A stretch of DNA of 61,904 nucleotides, counting the filler, from Hausera hauseri (lineage: Eukaryota): NCBI GenBank assembly GCA_046269625.1. It is 12 parts of 12 records of this genome, joined end to end, with 100 filler letters (N's around TTAATTAATTAA, not from the genome) between each part and the next. Parts side by side here need not be neighbours in the genome. Positions count along the whole stretch, not along the records: positions 32,467 to 36,895 come from JBJURY010586778.1; positions 36,996 to 41,816 come from JBJURY010424253.1; positions 41,917 to 46,080 come from JBJURY010726658.1; positions 46,181 to 52,291 come from JBJURY010139094.1; 8 more parts are not named here. One strand, written 5' to 3'. The notes beneath the pieces were generated by a model that worked only from the letters and a program-made list of their open reading frames with translations, had not been told where the DNA came from and ran no database searches. Numbering within the stretch: the first letter of the stretch is position 1; each line of letters begins with the position of its first letter. A program made the position numbers and the translations under genes. Shown in pieces: positions 36,470 to 48,554 of the stretch.

Positions 36470-37004
36470 AAATTAAAGTAAATGTTAAACTAAAAACAAA
36501 TAAAAATGTATTAATTATAAATAAATAAATTTTCTTACAATACACCATAACTTATTCCCCTTATTGCAGTCTCAAACGTCGCCTAAATCGGCTATAAACG
36601 TGCATCAACATTACTACTAGTACTCTAAATGAAATGGATGAGTACATTGAAAGTGAAATTCAGAGATTGACCGATGACATTTTGACCGGACATGTGTTTG
36701 ATGTACAGTTTTGATGTGAGCTCACAGAAACGAGAATAATGAGCAAGCGAGAGTATATTGAATTACTAGTCAGATCTCTCCGTAAAACGTATCGAGGATG
36801 AAATGAAACGAAAACGAATTTCCTCATTGGACTTGTATTTACTGATTCGCTTTGTATTGTAATGAAAAAGTTGATTTACGTATTTAATCACAAATNNNNN
36901 NNNNNNNNNNNNNNNNNNNNNNNNNNNNNNNNNNNNNNNTTAATTAATTAANNNNNNNNNNNNNNNNNNNNNNNNNNNNNNNNNNNNNNNNNNNNCTCAG
37001 ACAT

Positions 37005-37388
37005 TTATTGTGGGTTTTGTAACATGTCTACTATCTGTTTTGTCGACTGACATAAGTATTCTGGCACTTTCGTTGTCATGAAATTTACCAATGTTTTTCC
37101 AAATACAATTTTCATCGGTAAGCCTGATGAATGAGTCATGTTTCTGATAACGGATAACAACAGACTGAGAAGTTTGCATAGATGAGCTGACTTATCGATT
37201 GATGCAGATTTGGGGATAACGTAAAGACGTTCTTCGCCGTTCATGTGTGAGTAAGTCATCTTACTGACATCATTTGTCTGACAAACGTAATCATCTGTAT
37301 TCAACAGTAAATTGAACTTTGCCGATGACTCACCTAAATAACAACAATTATTGGTGGCAAACAACGACGTACTGCAACTATCGGTCAT
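37005..37388 (-). CDS. Hypothetical protein fragment
   Basis: 127-aa ORF with no recognisable motif. Confidence 0.25.
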   Translation of the reverse strand: MTDSCSTSLFATNNCCYLGESSAKFNLLLNTDDYVCQTNDVSKMTYSHMNGEERLYVIPKSASIDKSAHLCKLLSLLLSVIRNMTHSSGLPMKIVFGKTLVNFMTTKVPEYLCQSTKQIVDMLQNPQ

Positions 37389-37549
37389 CGTAATGACTTA
37401 CTCTCGTTTCGTCGACATAAATTCAGAAAACCCGAACGTTATATACTCTACGAATATTCTATAATGCTACTAATTTGCTGATTGTATTGTACGACTTTTC
37501 GTTTGTAATTTCGTAAGTTATTTATTTACATAGGGAAATTGTGAAATTT

Positions 37550-40500
37550 TCGAGGCGGAAGATCGGGCCCGACTATGGATCCGACGCGGCGATAACGGAT
37601 ATCCGGCCGCGTCCAACCAAAATTGGCCAAAGGGTACCGGCCGCCGTGTGCACCACATCACCCCCCGTGGCAAGGTTAAAACAATAAAAGAGCAAAATAG
37701 ACAGAAACAAAAGCGCCAAACGGACAAATGTCTGTATCAATTAGTCTTCGTGTGAACAAGACGTTAGGTGCCCTCTACTGATTTTTCCCTGCTATACATG
37801 CTAAATGTGACTGCGTGTTTTGTCTGTATGCGATATGTTTGCTTGCAGAGTTTGAAGTTGGAGAAAAAATTGGCAGATTTTGTTCTGGGTGATGTGTCGT
37901 GCAAAGACAAGTCAGAAAGAAAGGAAGAAAGTGAAAGCAAAAAAGAGATTGTTGAAGACGGACAGTTGAAAGTGTCCCAGAGAATTTTAAAAGACAAGCG
38001 ATTGGCAAAAAGCGTAGTGGAGGATGAAGGAGAGGCGGAAATTGGATTAGGAATTGGAATTGTATTAAGCGAATGAGTAGTAGAAAATGAAACAGAGGTA
38101 GTGGTAGAGGTAGGAAAAGAGATAGGAATGGAAGTAGGTGTAGAAAATGATAAAGCAGAACTAGGAGCAGAAGGAGAAGGTGGAAAAGGTGTAGCAACAG
38201 ATAGAGGAACAGCAGGAAGCGTAGGAGTGAGAAAAGAGGTTAACGTGTCGATTGGTGAAGTGTCATCGACAAAAAAGTCGGGATTTAAGTTGGTAATATG
38301 CACTGTAAGGTCTCTGCCGTCTTTAGAAATAATAGCGTTGTGCAAATGCAGCTGTACCAGTTTATAAAGCCCCAGTACCGCGGCTGAAAACTGCACTCCG
38401 TTTGATTCTTTAGCCATACAAATTTTGCCGAGTGCAAGTATTCGGGTAAATATGTTTTGTCTTTATGATGTAACATGCAGAATGAATCTCTGCTGACCGT
38501 AACGAAGTGATTTTGCGCCGTCCGTATCGTTTCATCTGTAGAAGTGTCATCTAGGGCAGTTAGTCCAAATAATGATCGTACAGGAGCTCCGAATAAGGCT
38601 CCATAGGTGAGCATCCCGTAGAAGTAGACGGAATGTTCTGCCTGCCAAGCAGAACAAACGGAATAAGAGTCGTCCAACTAGTGTTGGACTCTGCAAGAAT
38701 TCTTAGTGATGTTTTCAATGTTCGGTGGAAACGTTATAAAAAGCCATTCGATTGGGGATGATAAGGCATAGTATGTATGTGATGGATCTCCAATCGGTTA
38801 ACAAGAGATTTTAGCAGGTTGAATTCAAACTGTGGACCCTGGTCCGTGATGATGAAACGAGGTATTTTAAACCTGCTACTCCATGGACGAATAAAAACGT
38901 CAGCTATAGTATCGGTGTTTGTGCTCCGCAGAGAGATGGCTTCTGGCCATCGCGGGGAACGGTCCACTATGGTGAGAATGAATTGATGACCGTTGTCTGT
39001 AGAAAGAGGGCCGACGATGTCTATATGCACGGATTCGAAACGCGATGTGCAGGGAAAGTGGAACAGTGGTGGTTTTAAATGCTTAATTGTTTTGTATTTT
39101 TGTCAAGCCACACACTCCTTAACCCATGCTTGCACATCGGAACGCATTGACGGCCAAACGTCTTGTCGGTAGAATAAACGAAGTGGCTTTAGCACCGGGG
39201 TGGTGTAGCGAATGCACACTGTTAAATGCCTGCCTTTGCAACGATGGTGCAAGAATTATTACGGAATGACCTGGTTCGGAAGTGTCTAAATCCACGCCGC
39301 CAACAATTGTGTAAAACTTGAAAGAATTAAGCATGTCTTGAGGTGGCTGGTTCTGTTGAAGTTGCGCTTGAGTAAAGATTGGTGAAAAATTAATCGAACT
39401 GACCTAGATAAAAAATCAGCAACCAAATTATTAACCCCATTGATGTTTTATGTCGAAGTTAAATGTCGACAAATATGATATCTGTAGTTCTTGGCGTGTG
39501 GAAGGATGTTTCATAGCCATGATGTTTAGCAAGAGCTTGTGATCGGTCTGCATGGTAAAATGGCGAGCGAAAAGTAGGTGGGAGAAATGCTTTAAAGCAA
39601 GAACGATGGCCATTAATTCTCGATCGAACGTAGAATATCCAGTTTCAGGGGAAATTAGCTTACGAGAGAAAAATTCTAGCGGTTGATTTTCTCCTTTGTG
39701 GATTTGGTAAAGCACAGCACCTACCGCAGTGGTTGAAGCGTCTGTGGTAAGGATAGGTTCCGCGTCAGGCTTGGGCAAAGCGAGAATGTCGACGGTCTTA
39801 ATTCCTTCAAGTAGCTTATCAAACTTATTAACCAATGCAGGTGTCCACTGAATTGGCTGATGTTTCTTGCTGCCACTTAAGTGTGCAAATGGTGCTGTCA
39901 GTTCAGAACAATATAGCACATATTTATGTACAAAGTGTAACGTACCAAGGAAGCTGCACATTTCAGTAATCGTACGTGGTGACTGGATATTCTTAAGGGC
40001 TTCAACTCGGTCTGGTTTGGGAAAGTGGCCGTCTGGTGAAATAACGTGGCCCAAAAAGTTGATGCGCCATTTAAAAAAATGACATTTGTCGAAATTTACT
40101 TGGAGATTATGGTGGTTAAGGCGTCGGAATATTGCGCGGAGGTGTTCCTCGTGTTGTTTGGCTGAAGACGAAACGATCAGAATATCATCAATGTAAGGGT
40201 GCGGAAACGAAAAATCTGAGAGAATTAAATCAATATGTCGCTAAAAATTTTGTGCGGCATTTCGCAAACCGAATGGCATAAACAGGTACTCATAGAGACC
40301 AAAAGGAGTAGTGACAGCAGTCTTTTCTGTGCCTTAAGGTGCCACCGGTATTTGGTGATATGCTCTTGCCAAATCAATGGCCGAATAAATTGCGGTTGAA
40401 TTAAGGCGATGCGAGATATCTTTGATGAGTGGCAGAGGGTACGCATCCATAATAGTTAAGTTGTTCAACTGTCGGTAATCACCACATGGTCTAAAAGTTC

Positions 40501-41715
40501 AGTCTTTTTTGTACAACATGTAAATGTGACGACCAAGATTTGGAACGATATACGATGCCGGAGCGTTCTAGTTCAAGAGATTCGGCTTCTACGGCCTGCA
40601 TACAACGAAGTGATAGTGGTCGTACCTTTTGGCATATTGGTCGTTGATGCTGTGTAACTGTGGAGTAAAGTACTGTTTGCAGGAGTAAACATACGATCTT
40701 TTTTAAGTACGCGTGGGCATGATGTGTTAATGAATTGCTGTAAAGTTGTAGGCAACTGTGAGAGATTCGGTGATGATGATGAAACAACTTGAGTAGTAGC
40801 GGATGCAATTTGTAAATTGTTTGTTGATGTAAAATCAATTGGTATTTGGTGTAAGATGGTCGAATTGAAAATGGTGTTGGATGAAGTGATTTCGCCGAGT
40901 GAATTAACGTTGGTGACAGTACCACAATTAACGACATGAAAAACTTCGATTGAATATCAATATTATTATTTAAGAATTTACGAAATGAATTATTGTTATG
41001 GAAATTCGAATTAGTTTTTGGTTTCCCCAAAATTAATTTCGGCGTCTCGATCGACTGCGCGGTAGTCGAGATGCTATTTATGTGCTTACTGACGCTGCCA
41101 GTGGTACCACTCCTCAGACATTGTTGACTGCAGTCAACCAATAAATTATAATGCGATAGAAAATCGGATCCTAGAATTGCCGTCTAGACGTTAGCAACTG
41201 TGAACGACCAGTGGAAAGGTGAAGGAAATTTTGGTAAGATAAAAGATAGTTTATCCATGCCATAAATGTGCAGCGGTTGACCTGAAGCGGTGTATAAGGG
41301 CTTAATTCTGAATGGAGAATTTTGTACAGGGAAAGTTTGTGGTAATAAAAAAATCGCTGCACCTGTATCAATGAGGAAATCGACGGATTGCGTTGTAGGA
41401 GCGATGATTGCAGCCTTTAGGATAAAGACAGCAAAAGAGGCGTGTCGGCATTCAGAAGGTGAAGCAGTACCTTTGCCAGAGTTTGCCGTGACTTCTGGCG
41501 GCAAATTTAGTTTTTTTGAAAAGGTGTACTAGGACGACTATTAGAAGAAAAGGTAACACGTCCGTCGTTCGTATCTGTTTTGAAAGTGCAGCCTGGAATA
41601 CATTTACGGATTTGATTTTTAAACTTTGCGTGGTAAATACAAACAACGCTGTCCGTAAAAAAACTTTTATTGTAAAATTTGCACCCTAGGCAGCATTTTT
41701 TGGCACTTTTTTTAA
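37550..41715 (-). mobile_element. CsRn1-like Gypsy copy C (gag 3' end plus pol)
   Basis: Close paralogue of copy A: CHCC boxes, AAAAAAC-TAA, FLIDTGAA, RT, TTDAS-type RNase H, HIDIVGPL, PYHPQSNG; PPT and LTR start at 37657. Confidence 0.93.
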
Positions 41716-42319
41716 ATCAATTCATGAATTATCAATGTCCGAAAGAGAATTATCAGAATTTATAGAAGAAACGGATAAAGATCAAAATCTGGTATTAGAC
41801 AAGAATCAAGTTCTAANNNNNNNNNNNNNNNNNNNNNNNNNNNNNNNNNNNNNNNNNNNNTTAATTAATTAANNNNNNNNNNNNNNNNNNNNNNNNNNNN
41901 NNNNNNNNNNNNNNNNCAAATTTGGACAGAGCTGTCGCAGCACAAGATTAAATATTGTTATTTAATAAGAATTCTATCGGTGCAAATTTTGTTTGTGTAA
42001 ATTTTATAACTTTAAAACAGTAATAAAACTGTATACTATTGTATGCAACTGCACACACACTCACAAATAAGCAAAACTATATACATAGATGAAACTGTTG
42101 TCATAATGTAAAATTTTGTTGAACAAGTTGTTTAATATACCGCAAAGTAAAATTCGTCATTTGTTAATGTAACATATTTAATAAACCGCAAAGTGGAACA
42201 TATGTCGTACTTTGCGGTTTATTAAATAGAATATATAAGGCAGTGTCTGTCATTATTTTGTCATTATTGCAACGCTTTATAAAGAATTCCCAAGAAAATT
42301 CAAAAAATTAATTATTGAA

Positions 42320-43088
42320 GGTAACTGTCCAGCAAATGAAGACGTAGGCAATGAAAATAAAATCCCAGTTTATATTCCGACAATCGATAGTGGACAGAAG
42401 ATGAAATTTACAATGCGGAAAAAACATTAACAACATTTGATTGCTGCTGCACTCGAATGTGAAAGGAAGCAGACAGTCGACAATAAAACAGAAAGTTTTA
42501 AGCAGCAGTTGGTGAAAGCTTCAAGGGCAATAGGTATGATTTATTTTATTTGTCATACAAATTTAATTTTCGTAGAAATCAACAAATTCGATGCCATCTG
42601 ACAAGTGCATGAAGACAGCTCTTACGTAGTCGGAAGATTTATTTAACCCTGCCATGCCACCACCAATGAAAAATAAGTTCAATGCAGATTTGGACGAAGA
42701 CGACGATTTGATTGACCCATCAATTATGCCACCAGTGAACAAAAGAATTCAAAGAATAATATAGTCGGAAGCACAAATCCGCATGACAAAACATCGTCAG
42801 ACGCAATTGACGAAGGCTCTGACCGATGCAAACAACACACAGGAAAGGATATTCGTTTTCAATCAGTTAGTGGGGAAATCGAAGCACGAAACAGAAAGAA
42901 GAAGGAGAAATCGTCTCAAATTGTACCTGAACAATGACGATGAAGTAATAGCATCGATTCAATTGGATAATACGAAATATCCAAAGTTTCATATAAATCC
43001 GGTGTTCGTCAGGGCCACAGTTATTGATCTTAATTTTCTTGTCGTGGAAAGCAAAACAGTCCTCTTCTGGACCACAAATTGTGATTAA
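42320..43088 (+). pseudogene. Disrupted gene with a bHLH-like basic region and a possible 42-nt intron
   Basis: KSKHETERRRRNRLKLYL at about 42876-42930; GT..AG AT-rich segment 42534-42575; helix 2 not evident. Confidence 0.4.
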
Positions 43089-43745
43089 TGTTTTATGTTG
43101 TCTTTCTCATCATTTTTGACTAATTATGTTTTCTTCGTGTTTTGTGTCTATAATATGTGTTCCATTATATATCCAATATCCATATACATTAATTATTTGT
43201 TAAATGCAAGAATTCCAGATGCAAAATAGAACCGAAGCTGAAATATTCGAAACGATAGAAAAAGCCAACTAATGACTAACACACAACGATGAAAAAATTG
43301 AGGAATACGAAAGTGACTACAAAGATTTGAACAAAATACAAAATGATTTAGTTCAATATGAGAAACACGGCAGCCAGATGTGTTTCGACGAATACGGTTT
43401 ATGGCAAAAATTACACGAATATTGCAATGCAACAGATATAAGAAATCGGATCGTTACATGTATAGAAAACAAATGGTACTTCTATATAATGAAAGGCATG
43501 TATGAAAAGAAATATTTCAACATGATGAAGGCTAAAAATAATATAGCCGCATACATTTGGGAATAAAATGTTACTGTTGAGAATGTAAAAACCGGTCCTC
43601 TTCAGGGCCACAATTGTGATTATATATTCATTGTGATTTTAATTTGGTTAGGAATGTTTTTTCTTTGTAGACTTAATAAATAAATATCCAATATTTGACA
43701 ACTTGTATTACAAAATACATTTCACACAAATTTTATTAAATAACA

Positions 43746-44162
43746 TTATAAAATAGCAAAAACTCTCAAACATCCGACTCTAGACCCAATTTTAGAATCT
43801 AACTTGCCACATTGTGGCACGTCGTTAGTTTCTAAACTTATTACAATTTCTTCGTCATCAATATCGTAGTAGGCATAAAATATTTTTATGCCTTTGAAAT
43901 ATCTTTTATTCAGAACAATTTGGTATCTTAAATTTGTTTCCCCACTGTGCATACTGATGTGTATTTGAATTCCAAAATCCGTCATAGTTAAAAGGCGTAA
44001 TTGCAATTGTTCACCATATGTAATGTCCCCATCAATCACAGGGAAGTATAAAAGAATTAAAATGCATCTAACTGGTCTGACTTGACAAATCGTGCAAAAA
44101 TTCATTGACCGATTGAACATGATACGTTTGTATATATTTTTTTCTAATGGAATTGCAAACAT
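43746..44162 (-). CDS. Hypothetical protein with CxxC
   Basis: 138-aa ORF convergent with 43327-43566, with AATAAA signals on both strands between them. Confidence 0.4.
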   Translation of the reverse strand: MFAIPLEKNIYKRIMFNRSMNFCTICQVRPVRCILILLYFPVIDGDITYGEQLQLRLLTMTDFGIQIHISMHSGETNLRYQIVLNKRYFKGIKIFYAYYDIDDEEIVISLETNDVPQCGKLDSKIGSRVGCLRVFAIL

Positions 44163-44384
44163 TTCTGCTTCACCATGGTTACTTTACTAATTTTGGATTA
44201 TTATAGAAAAATCAGTATTGCATAATGAATGTGGGATTTTCATTATTAATTTCTCTTCACATTTAATATTGTAAATGTGTGAGCTTTTTAGACCATCTAA
44301 TATTCATTATTTCCATTAAAACATTTACAAGAAAACAGTTTTAAGTGTCACATACGGTGTTTTATAAGAAATGGCCAAATACTC

Positions 44385-44840
44385 GCAAAATACAATGCTT
44401 ATTAATCATATGAAAAAAAAATTCCCCACGGAGTCACAATATCGCAATTGGAGCTTTTAAATTGGACCAATTTTCGCACTTGTTCAAATCTCCCCCTCTA
44501 CGTTTAAAAAATTTAAACTTTAACAAAAGTTTCGTTTTATTTTTTCTCGAGCTAATGTTCTTTCAATATTCGATTTATAGTGCTTTCTGGAAGTATTCTT
44601 TCATGTATAAATTTTGTCTGTGTGCATGAATGACAACAGACTATAGGCCGAATATTCGATGGATATTTTTAATTTCGACAGAACATCAAGGGAACACTAT
44701 AAACCGAATATTAGCCCGAGAGAATTGCGTTATTTTTATTTCCTTGGCAATTTTTTTTTCATTATTAATCAGCATTATATTTTACACATATCTCTGACTA
44801 TTGATTTCAAAAAAAACCCATATGTACAGTAAAATTCGTT
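44385..44840. mobile_element. Second copy of the foldback/MITE-like element
   Basis: TTTCGCACTTGTTCAAATCTCC and further blocks collinear with 29155-29715. Confidence 0.7.
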
Positions 44841-45390
44841 CCAAATGAAGATTACAAAAGAATTTTCAGTACTCATTTCAACAGTAGACTCATCAAAGTC
44901 CGTACCATTGAAAATCCATGCCAATACATACTTTGTCAAACAATCTCTACCAATACATTACGACATAACGTTCAAGTTAATTGCCTGTTTGCCCCGGAGT
45001 TTCTTATGTTCTGCCAAAAAAACGCAGCCAAAGGTGGGAAAAGTGAAAATGAACGCGCATAGAAAATAAAACACACATGGAATATACAATTCTATGTGTT
45101 ATTTGAGAAATTCGTAGGAAAAATGAAATTATTCAGGGTAATAGCTCAACTGGATAATTACCGGAACGTGTTTTGTTAATTTCAATTGAAGAGAAAATTA
45201 TTTTTCCGTTTTTAATTAAAATACTTTCAATAATTAGCAAATATAATTGAAAGCCATTATATTCATTTTTATTCGAAATATCCTCAGAGAAAATAATAAA
45301 TAAATAGAATTTCAATATTTTAATTCAACGTGCTTATTTAAAATTAAATACAATAAACAATTAACAATTAAAAAACTAATCTTAACACAA

Positions 45391-46056
45391 TCAAAATATC
45401 ACATAATTTCGAACCTGCAAAAAATCTGGTCGCCACTTTAAAATACCACAACGATGATCAAACGGGATTTCAGCCTTATCTGACTCAACAATTATCGTAT
45501 TTGAATTGCTCGCATGAATTTTAGACTGATCACCTCCCATTTCCGTCTGAACAGCTTCGTATTTACAATTAAATAATAATGCGTTTTTCTGCTTCGGCCA
45601 ATACGCAATATTTACATTATCTGCCCATGTGTCTAAGGCGCTTGATAATTCTATATTTATGAATTTTTCTAACGAATTTGGGGCATTTTGAAATTTTTCA
45701 TGAACTTTTTTCTGTTTTGCAATTACGTGTTCTTTCAATGTGCTAAATGAAGTTACTAAATAACGTGCAATATAAGTCCAACGTTTGTTGTTATAGTCTG
45801 AGATTGATATCATGTAAATTTTAACAAAATCTGAAGATACTTTATCGAATCAATTTTTCACACTGCGTCTCAAACATACCCAAACGTAAATTACGTCTCG
45901 AATCGTAATCGATCTTTTTGCTTTGTCTAAAATGTGTTTTGCAACAGTCACTTGAATAAACGATAATAGCGAAGCAGTATTCGTAAAGACCGTTTGACAG
46001 TTCTCGGCCATAGCTATTCTCGTTTTCTCAGTCTCCCGAACCCTGCCAGGGATCAT
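45391..46056 (-). pseudogene. Unknown ~220-aa gene with one in-frame TGA
   Basis: ORFs 45850-46056 and 45391-45813 are in the same frame, separated only by the TGA at 45850-45852. Confidence 0.45.
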
Positions 46057-46180
46057 TCACACTCATTATTTTACATACTCNNNNNNNNNNNNNNNNNNNN
46101 NNNNNNNNNNNNNNNNNNNNNNNNTTAATTAATTAANNNNNNNNNNNNNNNNNNNNNNNNNNNNNNNNNNNNNNNNNNNN

Positions 46181-48301
46181 AATTCAAGATGGGTCAAAGA
46201 TATTCTCTAATGGATCTGGAAGCGTGTGAAGATGCCAGACCACACAAATTAGAAACGGGAGAAAGGAATTACTTTTTATATCATAAACAAGAGCTGATAT
46301 CATTAGATGGAATGGAATGTATGTTACGACGGTCTCGCAGTATTTTTCGTTGTGGATTAATACACGGACATTCTTTTACAATCAAACCAACAACTTCCCC
46401 AATTTCCATGAACTTGGAACGACAGCATTGTAAACAGGCTAGAGAGACTGGAAGAGTACAATGGGACAATATGGAATTAAAAATGCAAGTTGGTAAAATT
46501 ATCAGGTAATATAGAATGATAGCCGGAAAATTAGATATGCATACGGGACACTGTAGTGGAGCTGAATATGATACCGGAAAAGGAATAGAACCACATATAG
46601 TAGTAGTGGATTTCTATAAATCAGAGATAAGAGCACAAAAAGTAATGTTTCATAGCATCACCAAACTATACACGGAAAATTAGAAATGCCATGTACAAGA
46701 TGGGACCTGTGCTTTTAGAAGCTCGGTTATAATATGGGAATCGCCCTCAGGAAGAAGCTGTAATTTTATTAAAATAAAAGAAATCAAATTTAATGAGACC
46801 ACCGGAAAAAGATACGCGGATAAACTAGATACCAATTCAAGGACACGTCAGGATGTATTAGAACATCCTACGCCCACCATATTAATCTCGGATCAACATG
46901 GACTAAAGTTTATTAAGAAGGAAATGATATCACGTTGTGATGTAGTGATGTTTGCTACTAACTACGAAGCATTCTTCGTAGCAAAAACTGAGACAAATGC
47001 GAGAACTTACCAGTTAGAAACTTAAGATATCAGAATTGAGGACTACCTGAAGAATAGAGACGATTATTTCTATTCTAAAGGACAAACTGGGATAACTGAG
47101 TTGTACCACAAGATGATAAAGAATGACTGTAAATTGGATAACGAAATCATGAGGACAAAACTGGCTCTTATATACGCCAACCCAGAACTGGCATCCCCAA
47201 TAATTCCTATAAGAGAAAAAATTTTCGGTCGAGTTACAGGCGAAGTATTACTAACTTATGAATGTGAAAAGAGAGATGTACCCATCAATGTAGAAGAAAA
47301 ACGTTGCATCCAGGAACTTCCGGTTATCTATCAAAACGTTCCCAGATTAGCTACACCATTGACAAGAGTATTATTGGATAACGCAACCCAACCTACTATT
47401 CTTAAAGATTGTAAAGCGGATTTAGGAGAACCCATGTTTAGACGTAGTGAGACAGACTGGGTCAATTTACCGAATGGAAGTATTACTACCACTCCAAATA
47501 CATTAACGGGAACAAATCTGGAGAAAGGATTTACAGATGATAAATTTCAGGACACTTCATCGAAAGGCATATATGGACCCAAAGAGGTCGAAGCATTTAG
47601 ACAGTTTCTCGCTTTTCCGCGACAGCGAACGCACGAATTAAATCGAGCCATGGCCTCTGTAGTAGACGATACCCGATATCAAGCTAAGTGGGAATCTCTC
47701 CTTGGCGCTAATCACTACCAAACAGTGACTTCAGAAATATTGTACAAAATCTGGGGAAGATTTTTAATTTTTGGCATCGGGATTCCTAGCAATCTACTTC
47801 TTAATACAATTAATTAAAGCTGTAATCCAGGTTGTTATAAACGGGTATGAAATATTTACATTGATAGGATTCTCCTGGAAGATTTTAACTGTAATTATCA
47901 AACCTTTTGGAAAAATGCTTAAAACATACAAAGAAAATCGATGGAAAAATGATGTAGAACGTCATGTCGGATATTACAATCGCAAACAAAGGGGAAGACT
48001 CTCGATTCTTAACAAACGCAAAAATAAAAAGACAATAATGAGGAAAGACGACACAGATGATGATGAGCCTAAGGGAGGAGAAGGAAATGCCAGAATAAAG
48101 TTACACAGAACATATGTATTAATACCCATCATGCCATCAACTGCGCCGATTTACGAGGACTGCGATCAAAAGTTAGTCATATCTTACAGATCTGATATCT
48201 ACCAAAAACCCATGGATTATGAAGACCTTTATGGAAAAACAGAACAATATAGAGTATTACGGAAAATGAACGTTATCAACAAAGAACCAACAGAAAATTG
48301 A
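46181..48301 (+). pseudogene. env: Chuvirus-like (class III/gB-type) fusion glycoprotein
   Basis: YSLMDLEAC, ECMLRRSRSIFRCG..HGH, GHCSGAEY, CHVQDGTC, DCKLD, GEVLLTYEC, CIQELPVIY, SKGIYGPKEVEAFRQFLAFP, TM WGRFLIF..SGFLAIYFLIQLIK; a few stops and frameshifts. Confidence 0.88.
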
Positions 48302-48554
48302 CCAGGGAATATTATACTCGAAAAGGATATTTCGCCACATAGAATCGAAATCAACGATCTGGGAAAACTCGAGGTTATGCACAATCCCAGGTCCCTTACC
48401 TCAAGAACTGCTCATCGACAACCGCGTCACGGAAATAACAAATAACGATTTGTAACCGAATGGAGAATTAAGACAATTAAGGCAGGATATCATTTCATCG
48501 CCATAAATACCGATAAATGGACATATAGTCTCCACCATAAAACGGTCCAAGATA

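Noticed and set aside
45850-46056. AKRSITIRDVIY resembling the histone H4 C-terminus
   Set aside because: Only a few residues match, the rest lacks H4 similarity, and the frame continues into an unrelated 140 aa.
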